Assembly (NCBI GenBank): GCA_004022145.1
Contig: RCNU01000002.1
DNA from: Paecilomyces variotii
Taxonomy: Eukaryota
Strand: one strand, 5' to 3'
DNA: 64,000 nt
This document shows, piece by piece, positions 52,501 to 64,000 of the stretch. The notes beneath the pieces are model-generated. The model was given only the letters and a program-made list of their open reading frames with translations, ran no database searches and had not been told where the DNA came from. Position 1 is the first letter of the stretch. Each line of letters starts with the position of its first letter. The translations under genes were made by a program, and so were the position numbers.

Positions 52501-55500
52501 GATTCCCAATAGTATTATTATTGCCTCTGGTCGGATCCTGATCCCCTTGGCCGGTGCTACGGTATCAGATATCCGAACGCGTTTGTGGGATCGGGATGGG
52601 TCTTTTTTTTCTTCCATTTCCATTTCCGTCCGCAACGCTCGTGGAGCCGACGGTGCGTCTCCACACGAGATAAACCATGGTTTGGCAGCTCTGTCCGTGA
52701 CGTCGGGTTCATACCAGATCGACCGTAATGATGACCGATTTAGAAGACACAATCGCTTTCCTCCATGGAACCCCCCAGCATTATTATTATTTCACAGTTC
52801 TGGAGCATCAGGGAACTCTACTAGGTAAGCGACCGTTTCCTCCCCCTCCATTCCTTAGCCATCATCCCGTACGACCCGTGCTATGCTGGTCGTCGCTCCA
52901 TGACGCTACAGAGGGCCCGTTCATTCATTCCGTCGCGATTCTGTAACACGATCAGATGGGGCGGGGTCGCATTCCACGTCCTGCCCTTCGAAAAAGTGAC
53001 CCAAGCGTGTGCAGAGTTCAGACTGTTTTATTCGAGCAAAAAAAAAAAAAAAAAAAAAAAAAAAGCGGTTAGTTATTATTATTATTTACAAGGGAACTAA
53101 CTTACCCACCGGCACTACCTAAGGTACCTACAGACGATTGACTCGATCTTCGTCGTTAGTGCCTACGGCTAAATAGACCGCCCCCAGGTCAAGTGCATGA
53201 AGTGTAGGTGTCATACGTCGAAAACAAGTGATGATCTGTCGACAACTCGATGGGAACAAAGGCTGTCCAGGATCATTCGCCTTCTCCCCCTCACCCCAAA
53301 AACTTGTTTCAGATAGAGCGCTAGATCCTGATCCCTCATCGTCCGTGTGGGTAACCACTTGACGCACCCGGTGCGTTGCCGCAATGCCGCCTGCATTGTG
53401 CAGGACACACAGACCCTTTTGTTTGGTCCTGAGGTGGCGTTTGCCTTCTAATAAAATGACTTTTACGAGGTAAAATACTCCGTGCTCATGTCTGCGATGA
53501 GAACAATAATAATAGCTCGACTCCTGGTGCGCTGAGGGTCCCGTGCACTTACCGTGGAATTCGGGTCAGCCTCTGCCTCAAGACCCTGCCATAAAGGAGA
53601 CGCAATCAAGACGAACCACGATGAGGGGGCCAGAAGCACTCTCGTCCGATCATCCTGGAACGAGATGGAGTACTGTAGCAGAAAGCCAACAGTTTAGCAG
53701 TATACCTATACCCTCTGGCACATTTGAACCCTCCGATCTCCAGGGATACTCCATTCTAGATAACAGAGTGAATACGGAGTAGTTATCTATCTAGTCCACA
53801 CTCGGAATCGATGCCGTCCGACATCTGGTCCGTGCAGCCAGTCGGAAAGCCAACAAAAGGGCGGCTGCATGTGTTTTGTCGACTGGCATGGGTGCACCGC
53901 ATATCAGCCTGCAGCTTATTACACAACTCCGCACAAGGGGGGTCAACAGCTCTGTCATGGACTTTATGGTTGCCAGTTTCCCCGAACAGCAGGGAAGCTC
54001 TAGTTAATTATTATGATTACATTATTACTGTACTTCTGGCTCATGGGGTCATTATTCTCTCGGGCGAGTTCCACCAAAACACGCAGAAAATGGGCTGACG
54101 AAGCCGTTCCCCGTTGGCTCTTTAGAGTATAAGTATATCTATCTAATCGCTTAATTCCCCGCGAGACACACGCACCCTCCCTTTTCCGTCCGTGTTCTCG
54201 ATTCTCCTCCCTCTTCGTTTTCCACAACCTGTTCCTTTGTAGACATCTGATTGGGTTCTCGGCGTTTTTCCGGGAACCACCATCCTGGTCTCAACGCCCT
54301 CTTTTCTTTTCTTGTCGCAGTGAGGCAGTCACACGTAATACATAACTTCACTTTTCTTTTCTTTTTCTTTTTTTTTTAAAAAAAAAAATTCGGGTATCTA
54401 GTTCCCTCATCCTTCCAGAACCGGAACTAGTCTACTTTAACCTTCCATTTCCGTAGTTAACAACAATTCAATTCGTGCCCTCAGCACGGCACACTTGGGC
54501 ATGAACACATACGCCTAACCTATCAGTCTCCCACGCCTACTACCATACATGTACTTTTATCATCTCCCCCAGCTAGCTACTGCATAAGCCCTACTCTACT
54601 CTACTCTACTCTACTCTCGCATAGTATCCCGGTCTAGTCAAGTCTATATCATACATCCAATAAGAACCATCACGTTCCTCTCGTCACTTTCCCCACTTCA
54701 AGGGACCCTGACACGATTTCTGTACGGAGTACATTAGGGAGGTGGGTACGTTACTATACCTTGGGTAGTGTTCGGAGTAATTATTAACTAACTGAGTACC
54801 TTGCTTAGTTATCTATCTATTGATCTTGTCATGTAGTTACCTACTCTGCTTAGCTGAGATAAGTTAACAGTAGTACAGCAAGGATTAATGATATCCTAGA
54901 GACATACGCATGGGATTACTTCGTAGTTAGCGATAAAGACAGGAATATATTATTATCCTGGTAGTGTTTGTGACTCCGCTATCTTTGTCTGGCAAGACTA
55001 GGACAGGAAGGACTAGGACCAGGGGCGGAGCGGTAAAGGATCCCGAGTCTGAGCCTGATCTTTCATCCAACGTCCGGGGTAAATTGATAATAGCCGTCAT
55101 TCGAATAAAGCAACGTTATATTCTCATGCTTGATGTATTGATTAGATATACTTGCTAGTTACTTATTGTAGGCCAAGGAGCTAATATGTCACTGTAGCGA
55201 TCTTTTGCGAGAATACCTGAGGTAATCAAAGGACACTGAAAACTGAATACCACGCGAGGGCTGATACCTACCTAGGTTCCCATACCGACTGGATATTTCG
55301 CTTGGAGGTAATGATGAACTCTTCTCAGCCTTTAATGATCCCCGTGATATCCTTATGAACTAACTAGGGTTGTCCGTCATGTAGTCTGATAGCACCGCGA
55401 GAAGACATTGTGATAACTACCCTTTGACATGGTTGCTTGACGGGAGCGTCATGTTTCTTTTTTTCTTCCAGCGGGACTATATATATATCAATTCTTGATA

Positions 55501-55697
55501 TAAGTTGATCGTTAATAGATGGTATAATATCAGAACTGTGGCACCTTGGCCAAATCCAAAGAAGGAGAGTTGCAGAGTAGCTACAGTATGTAGTGATTCG
55601 ATTTACTCAAAACAAGACCCCTCTATACAACATGTAGCGGGACTAGATAGAGGCTTGGCCATACGCTCTTTTACCTTCTCTCCGCAAGAAAAAGGGA

Positions 55698-55706
<9 letters not shown>

Positions 55707-55742
<36 letters not shown>
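55707..55742. repeat. (GA)18 microsatellite
   Basis: Direct reading. Confidence 0.9.
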
Positions 55743-55746
<4 letters not shown>

Positions 55747-56530
55747 AAATCGCTCTCTTTCTGATATTGTTTACTACTCTGCGTCCTAAGAAGTCTAGCG
55801 GAAGTACTCTCAAGATCTGTGGACTTGTAACAGTCGGTCTATGGATATAGAATAGAGTACTCCGTAACTAGCAATCCAGGCTGCTAACTTGCGACACTAA
55901 GATCTATTATCTACAAGAGATGTTCTATCGACAATGCTATGAACAGAGGAGTTAACAATAAACTGTATTCGTGGAATATAGAGTGAGAAAGATCCATGTT
56001 CAGGTCAGTGTACTGTACTCGGTCTATTGTGATCTTATCCGGATAGCTCTATAGATTATTGCAAGCATATACTATCATCACATTTTCTGGGTCTGCCAAA
56101 CGGACTACATATCCAGACTTTCAGAGTAAAAAATATCATATCTGTGTATTGCAGAGACATAGAAAAGGCAATACTGTGATTAAAAAAAAAAAAAAAAAAA
56201 AGCACTCGTGACCTTGTTGCAGTTGAATGACAATTGCAATAGATATTAGGTCTACTTGTCTGTAGACGCTGTCTCCGGCTCTGTTCTCCGGAAATTAATT
56301 TAGCGATATGAAAATAACAGGAAAACGTCGAGCTGGATTTATAGTTCTATAGTTGCATTGAATGGATTTGGAGCTTTTCCCAAGCCCAAGAAAAATTGCT
56401 GTCTCCGCTGCCTAGGGGGCGTTTATACATCCAGGCCTCCATGTTAGTCGCTCCACGGGTTCTTATCCAGAGAAACGCCATCTCGTACCCCGGATGAAGC
56501 GGCGCCTTCTCTTTGACAAAAGCACTATGG

Positions 56531-57581
56531 GCCAAGAAAAGACCAAGAAAGGCCAAGGACGAACGCTGAATCATCCCGCCATTTGCCAATGTACCAAGAA
56601 AGGGCTAGACAGCAAAACCTGAGAGCCGATGTCTTGGTCTACTCTAGAGATCCCGGGCCAAGATCAGGTCTATTACTTATCCCATCCGTTTGCGAGGAGT
56701 ACCAAGAGCTACGCCAAGGCAGCATCATGATGAACGAGCGGTAATCACCCGGCAACATCGAAACATCCTTTCTGCCAAGATCGGAGGGGGAAAAGTACTC
56801 GTTATTTTGCCCAGTCGGCTCGCAGACAATTTGCTCTCGAGAGCTTCCCAGACAAAGGAAACTCTTAACATATTATTGAATCTTATTCTGGGCGGGATTA
56901 TTGACCGCCGATACCAACTATGGTGCAGGAGATCAACGCGTCCGTGGATCGGGAAGATGATCACAACGCTGATTGAATTAAAAAAAAAAAAGAAAGAGAT
57001 GGCTGATTTGGGAAATATATCTTTTATAATATGTTCTCTTATAATGCGAATTGAAGCGGAAGTAAATATCGACTATTTATTTATTTAAATCATAGTTAAA
57101 GCACTGGCAGGGCGGGAGATACCCCGTACTTTCTGTATGGTAACACACCGTATCATCGACACAGGACGTGACAGCGCCAAGCACGCCATGCGATTCCCGG
57201 CCAGGACCAGACTGGCCGACAGCCTATCAGGACACGCCAAGACGTCACCCAGGGCTGCCAACGCTTGGCATTGCTGATGCGGGAGGAGATACGCTTGGCG
57301 TATTGATACCGTCACGTCGAGACGGCCTGACCGTATGATTCTTCTTTTTCTGCTGGCCGGCGGTCTGGGCTGGAACTTGCTCTGCCAAAGTCCATCCTGT
57401 CCACGTTGGAATGCGCAACACCAGCCTTGATGGATATGGCAGCCTCATGTTCGACCAGCGGCAACCGCCTTCTCGCTCAGCCGGGCATCTCGTCTCGCCT
57501 CGACATCCCATACCGTCCGTTTCATTACCCTGGGACAACGACCATCACGATGCCAAGGGCTCGGCTTCTAGGCGTCTTGGC
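56531..57581. promoter_or_regulatory. Cluster of PacC/Rim101 consensus sites (GCCARG)
   Basis: GCCARG or CYTGGC at 56531, 56552, 56657, 56713, 56774, 57176, 57200, 57236, 57264, 57294, 57552 and 57576. Confidence 0.7.
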
Positions 57582-57983
57582 GTGGATGGACAGGACTCCT
57601 CCGTCAGCGTCTTTTTTGTGCCTCTGATTCTCTTCCTCTGGCGTCTCCGCCGTCCGATTGATGTGTCTACCGCGGGTCCGCTCTTCCCGCTTCCATCTGG
57701 TGCAGAATCATATAAGGCTGCCTGACCTCCGCTCTTCTGGCGGTCCTAGAGTCTCTCTGCTCCCACCGGCATGTCCTCTCCGTGAGACTGGATGCCTCGA
57801 TCATGCCGTTTGTGTCCCCAGCGATGGCTTGAGCATACGCCTGCGCTTTCTGAATGAACCCTGCCCCCTCCTCTGTGGCCTCTAGAGTTATCGGATTCGT
57901 GGTTCTTGTGAATGTGAAGGGCCAGCCGGCCACTCCTCCCCGCTGATATCTCATCGATAGCTAAGAGCGGGACTGGTTTGACA

Positions 57984-59091
57984 ATGGCGCGCCAGGAAAT
58001 GACCCATTCGCCTGCCTACTATCAGTGCCAGGATTGGGTGACCACTGTAGACCCTCACGGCGCTTATCCCTCGAGTCCCCCTACCGCCTATCTACCGTCG
58101 AAGGAACAGCAGTTGTCCCTTACAAACCCGTACACTGTCTATCGGAGCCCCGCATCACAAGCCTCTTCTCCGGAGGCTCATTCTACCTTGTCGGAGTCGT
58201 CGCGAGAGTCATACTTGTCTACCAAGAACTTGGCGGAACCGGTTCAGCCCAAGCCGGGATATCTGCCAGCGCCGTTCATGCTGTCGCCCGATGCGGAAAA
58301 TGGCTCGATATCGAATTTGACCCCCAGCAGCAATGGACATGCTCGCAAGGAGAGCAGCAACCGATCGAGCTGGAGAGAGCAGCGCTCCTATGTGTCTGGA
58401 GAGGTTACTCGGCATAGTGGACCGCATGTGCAGAGTCGAGGATCTGTATATGCAGGAATCGACGAGGAGCCAGTGAAATCAGATGGGAGTCGAAATGCAT
58501 TGTTACTTCTGGTGAGTAGAGGTCTATGCTTGCGGGATCTCCAACCTGTCTCTCAAACCCTATGTAGTTCTCCGACTAATGCGTAACTAGCTTCATATGT
58601 CGACCTCTGTACCTACGCTTTCTCTTGTGACTTGCCTGTATACAATGTTCAGCGTTGTCTTCCTCACACTGTCCTCTCCTCTTCGACTCTGTCCTCCAAC
58701 ACCTTTCTTCAAATCCACATCCTTTTCGACGCAACTATGTCAGTTACTGGTGCCCGCTCTCCATATGCACGAACGCATTATGCGACCCAGAAAGTCAGGA
58801 CAACGTCGACGGTCTTCTCAGGGTCTACATTCGAATGATCCATATCGATCTGCTCCGCTACCGTTGACAGATTCCTATTACGCCGCAAACATCGTATATG
58901 TTCTTCTGCTTGCTCCTTTTCTTTGTCTTGGTCTTGAGCTCGCAGCATGGACCGCTGCTTTTTTCTGGGTATTTACCATGATGATGGGTAACCCGGACGG
59001 GACCGAACGCAAAGACGATGGCCGCGCCGCTGTCTTAGGCGTCGCCAATTGGTGGCGCAAGTGGCTTAGAAGGGCCAGAAAGGCATCATGA
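57984..59091 (+). CDS. Uncharacterised integral membrane protein
   Basis: ATG 57984, Ser/Pro-rich N-terminus, intron 58512..58590 (GTGAGT..ACTAAT..TAG), hydrophobic segments and C-terminal MGNPDGTERKDDGRAAVLGVANWW. Confidence 0.8.
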
Positions 59092-60325
59092 AGGGGTTGC
59101 AACATGCTATGCCACCTCGTTGCTGTTCGACTATGATACGAAGATACCTCGTAATTCGTCAAAAGCAACATCTATTCGCGGCTTGCAGCCGTCGCTGCTA
59201 TACCCAGAACGGAAACTGTCTATCTATGGATGATCCTTATCGCAATGTCTGTTCTGATTTTACTTTCACGACTGAGCATGGTAATGGCTGGCGCAATTTG
59301 GGGTTATATGCTGTTTCTTCTTTTCCTTCTCAATGATTCGCTCGGAATGGAGACGGACATCAGTGTTATTTTTATATCCGCTCGGTTTTTGGTGGTCCCT
59401 TCTTCTATGAAATGGTGTACTTCTCGATTCCCCGATGATACCTGGTGATGTTTGCCTTGTTTTCACCTCGGTTCTGTTTTCCTCTCTTGTTCTTTAGTGG
59501 CTGTATTTTCATTACTCCCTGACGATCCGTCTACACAGGGATCAAAAAACAGAGATTTCTTATTACATAGTTAGTGCCGCAAATAGATACCCTATCAACA
59601 GCATATATTTTTACTCTTCTTTTTACCTTCTAACGATTATGTGATTTCCAAGGCCGTTAGGAAACAGTTTCGCGCCTGACGACAGTACCATATCACAATA
59701 CTACGAAGTAATAATCAACATACTCGACGTGACCACAACTATAATATAATAATAATCGGCGAATAGACATCTCTAGGACTAGAACCTAACTGATTCGTTG
59801 TCGCTTTTCTTATTTTCGAACATAAAAGTTCATTCACTCTTGAAAAAAAAAAAAAAAAAAAAAAAAGGTACTAATCTTATCCTCGTCCTATATATGCTTC
59901 GTGAAAAAAAAAAATGGAAGGGTATCTGAGAGAATACCAGATTCGTAGACTGACGAGAAAAGAGAATAAGACATATCATATATAAAAAACAAGGCGGACG
60001 ACGAATCAGACTTAATTTCTTCGTTTATCTATGTTTATTTTTTTTTTGTTCTTTCCCCTCCAAAGGGAGAATTGGAGTTTCATTCATTGCATTTTTGGAA
60101 AAAAAAAAAAAGAAAAGAAAAGAAAAGGAATTTTTTTTTATATACCTAACTCCCAACAATATATTCAGTGGGATATGGTGAGAATCGTACCATCATCCTT
60201 AACAGAACCCTAATACATAAATAAATAAGAAAGACATGATGAGGGAAAAGAGAAAAAAAAAGGCCGCTCCAGGAGTATCTAACTAAGAAATTTCTGGCTC
60301 GTTAATAAAATCTCAGGATCATCTT

Positions 60326-63300
60326 TCATCTCCTCCTTCCACCCCCCCGGATGGCTCCCTTTCCACTTCTGTTTGGTCCATTTCTTCGCTTTTCTATTCT
60401 GCCACTGGGAGTGCCGTGCTGTTTGGGTATTCCTAGACCACGACGACCGTTCGGGTTGGATCCTTTGGCGGCGCGGAATCCTTCCTTGGAGATGGTGCCG
60501 GCGTCGTTATCATCGTCGTCGTCCAATTCCATCTCGTCATCCTTGGGCTTCCGTTGGGACATCTTCAGTCGACCCTTCTGGCCACGACGGATGGCGTCTG
60601 GTCCGCTGACTGCTGCGAGATAGGCGTTGATACCGCTTTCTCCCTCTGCACCGCCGTCGGCGCCACCGCTCATCTCCATGTCGAGGTCGTCGCCGTTGTC
60701 ACCAAAGATAAGCTTGCCGTCCTCATCGACCTTCGCGGCTCGCTTCTTCTTGGAACCGGGGCCGGCGTTGAGGAAGCGGACGCTGGGTTTCGTGGTTGAG
60801 ATATGGGCAAGGGCGCCGGGAGCAAGCAGATCGAGAGGATTATCCTCGGGAGATAGCTCGCGGATATACTGCTCTCCCTGCTTACCGCCCTTGCCTTTGC
60901 CGGAGCGCTTCGCTCGCGTGTGCCCTTCCTCGTCGACGTCGATCTGGCTTGCATCATCGTCGAGATCTGATTCATCGGACAGATCGGATCCGTACACGGC
61001 TTTGTCGAAGGCGTTGTTGAAGACTCTGCCGCCGTTGCCTTCTTCGCCTTCGTCCTCACCGGCGTCGTCAGCCGCATTCTTCTTTCTCTTCCGCCTCTCC
61101 CGTTCTTTTCTGATGTTGACTACAAGTTTGCGATCAGATTCACCGACCAGTACCTCCATCAGTGGCGCACCGAATCTGCGGACTAAGCGGTCGATGATAC
61201 CCTTGACCTTGACTCTCATACGACCGTTGTGCTCCTTGCTCCACACCATGAGGTTTGGAACTAGGGAGTCAAGACGGGGGCGGAGCATGTCGTCAGGCAG
61301 GACAACGACAACAACCTTCACGAAACCCAGAACAGACCTGACGATTTCACGGTTGTTGCTCGTCAGGAAGAGATCGACAGTCTGCACGAGATCCGTCTGG
61401 ACCTGTGGTGGGAGCGCGGTGTGGAAATCGAAAAATAGGCGCGAAAGCGCCGTGACAGATGCCGCAACCATGTGTGGAGAGCTACCAGCCAGACCAGCTG
61501 AGACCATGGTGAAGAACTCCTCAATCGTTGCCGGAGCATCTGGGGCGTCGTCAGGCATATGAGGCACCAGAGAGTTGCGAATCTTGGTACCAGGCGGGTT
61601 ACGCTCTGGGTCAATCATTCTCTTCGCAAGGTGTATCAAGAGGTCAAAGGACGCGACTCTGGCTTTCTCATTGCTTTCCTTGCAGCCAAGAACAACCTCG
61701 GAGAGCACAGATGGGATAAAGTGCAGATCAGAAGTTGGGAGATGAGAGACGAGCTCGTGGATTGCAAGAAGACGGTCCCTGCGTGCTGGAGAAGGCGTCT
61801 TGTCCGCGGTGGTGAGGATAAGAGATTGCAGCTCTGAGCTTCTTTCACGGAGTGCAGTTGCTCCTGTCTCCGTGGATGCCAGACGTGGGATCAATTTATA
61901 AGCCTTCTTGATCAACTGTGGATCCGACGACTGGTTGTTGAGAATGACGGCCGCTAGAGCGAACAGGCTCTGGAAGCTTGAACGCGGGAGGTAGATCGAC
62001 ATCGCGATAATAAGATCGATCAGGGTGTGAGAAGTAGGGGGCATCTTATCACCAGATCCTCCCTGGTTACCCTGCTTGGCTGCCTCCTGCTCTGCGGGAA
62101 GAGAAGATTCAAGCATCGAGGTGACACGAGTGAAAGTCTCGTTGAGTTCCTGTGTACAAATTAGCTTTGGTCAAAATGTTTCTTTGATAGGTTTTGTACT
62201 GACCTGCTCGGGCGTAATGCTCAGGTAAGCATTGATACATTGCAAGATGTAGCCTCTGTAGTGTGGCAAAGTCTGACTGTACACGTTGAAGAGAACCGCA
62301 AGCAAGTTGTTTGCGAAAGTTGCTAAGTGGGCAATGTTCTTCTTTGCCGCTTCCTTTGAGATTCTCCTCTGGAGGATCAAATCGTCTCCTTCGGTATCCA
62401 AAGACAGGATAGCCTGGTTTGATTCGACAAGGTTCTGCAAAGCCTTGCAGACATCGACGCGCAGCTCCGTCTGCTGGTACAGCACGTTGGAAAGCAGCTC
62501 GGCAAAAGTCTGATCAAATGACTCCACCAGGTCCAGAGGCAGTTCGCAATATCCAGGCAGGATAGCCCAGGTCTGCTGTACAAGCGTCTCGAAGATTTTG
62601 ACTTCGACCGACTTCTCCGCTGCCCCGTAGTCCAGAATCCTCTGGTAAAGTGCCTCACTGAGAGGAACAAATTCCGAACGGAAATGAGCGAGGTTCGTGT
62701 TGGAGACATGGTCTCTGAGGATTGGAAGAAGCCAAACACGGCCTGGCTGACCAGACTTCTGCTGGGTGATATTCAGAGGCAGAACTTCCAGAACAGCCTG
62801 AGGACCCATTGCGTATATGGCTCTTCCCAGCACCTGATCAGCCTGCTTCTTTCCGTGGAAAGATTCGTTCCCTCGCAATTCTCCAATCGTCTTGACGATA
62901 TCGGTGAGCAGAGGAGAAGACCTCCATTTAAAAGCGTCGAACATGGCCGAGCAGACGTTGAAGACCTCAGCCCAGGCGGCCTGGTACTTCAACGACAGAA
63001 GATCAGTAGCAGATTTGGCCAGCTTCTCAAGGGTCTTTTCGTCATAGACGGATGGCTCCAGGATCACGCTGTCAGGCACACAATTGGCCAGGAATGAGAT
63101 AAGACATTCCGACGCAGAGATCCTAATGTTGCGGGAAGGAGATGCGAGGAAAGCGGAAACAAGGTCGAACAACTCTGGGAGCTTTGCAAACGTCTCGTCA
63201 GCATCGAGCTGTGCAGCCACGTCGTAACCTCTGGACAGGACCGCAATCCATGGGGGAAGTAGTTGCGAATCGTTCTGCGCTGGCTTAAGTTCTGATATGG

Positions 63301-64000
63301 CCTCCAAGAGACGCGGCAGCTTCGATGAAGAGAAGTCATCCGCCATTCCTTCGAAGATGACCTCAAAGACTTCGAAAGCGCCCATAGTAAGAAATTCATT
63401 GCTAGATCGGGAGACGTTCATGAGCAGCTCGCACAGTGGCTCAATCTTCTTGCTGGGCCAGCCACCCGATGCGGATGCGATCGTCTTGACCAGCTGCAGA
63501 GAATGAATAATCGCAGGTTCGTGGTTGTCCTTGTTCTGTCCATAGCGGCCCTTCTTCGCCTTTGCAGCAGCAGTGGCATTATCACTCAAAGTCCTGAGAG
63601 CAGTTTCCGCGCACATGTCCGCAGCCGGGTGATCCAGGGACGGACTCGGGGGCGGCGTCTTCAGAACCTTTGTCAGGGCATCCTGAGCGCGCTTGCGCAC
63701 CTTCGGACGGTGGTCAATAGCCAGGTTCAGCAATCCAGCCATGGCCCGTCGCGGTCCAATCTGCGTCAGCGGCAGATTCCAGGCGGCCGCATCTTGCGCG
63801 ATCAATAGCGACTCGAGAACCCCGATCGACGGTCTCAACAGCGGAGCTTCGACATCCGGCAGCGTCAGCGCTGGCGCAAGGTTGGTAAGAATCTGCGCAA
63901 ACTTGGAGCGGAGGAGAGGTGCGGGGACATAGTCGGCGGTCAAGTCGAGCAAGTACACCACAGAAGTTGCCAGGTCCTTATTGATAATTCCTTGCGAGCT
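60326..64000 (-). CDS. rrp12: Pre-rRNA processing HEAT-repeat protein Rrp12; 5' end outside the window
   Basis: Two long ORFs joined by intron 62203..62150. Motifs DHRPKVRKRAQ, GRVWLLPILRD and NREIVRSVLGFVKV, with an acidic/basic Gly-rich tail. Confidence 0.92.

Overview
Gene-dense eukaryotic DNA from a filamentous ascomycete. The short GT-AG introns with CTRAY branch points and the gene set suggest Eurotiales; this is inference. About 16 intact spliced or single-exon genes are supported: a PPR protein (5'-truncated), an Alt a 1/Hrip1-like secreted protein, PTEN/Tep1, a cPLA2-like phospholipase, Exo70, Ade13, an SGNH-like membrane protein, pyruvate dehydrogenase kinase, a hypothetical protein, Kre6/Skn1, a NuiA-like small protein, Rpl3, Ssn6/Cyc8, an unknown membrane protein and Rrp12 (5'-truncated). 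A decayed accessory stretch (~15.8-21.8 kb) holds an F-box-like pseudogene split by a ~600 bp TIR element, a second stop-riddled spliced gene and a Ty3/gypsy pol scrap. The best leads are: (1) a TMV-type leaky stop (CAA-TGA-CAA-TCA) on the PDK gene followed by an open in-frame extension of 88 residues; (2) 12 PacC GCCARG sites in ~1 kb upstream of an uncharacterised membrane protein; (3) a fungal NuiA-like protein; (4) structured rpl3 introns and a pseudoknot-like kre6 leader; (5) a speculative telomerase-RNA-like signature at 21.9-22.9 kb. No tRNA, rRNA or CRISPR was recognised. All family calls come from motif recognition by eye, not database searches.
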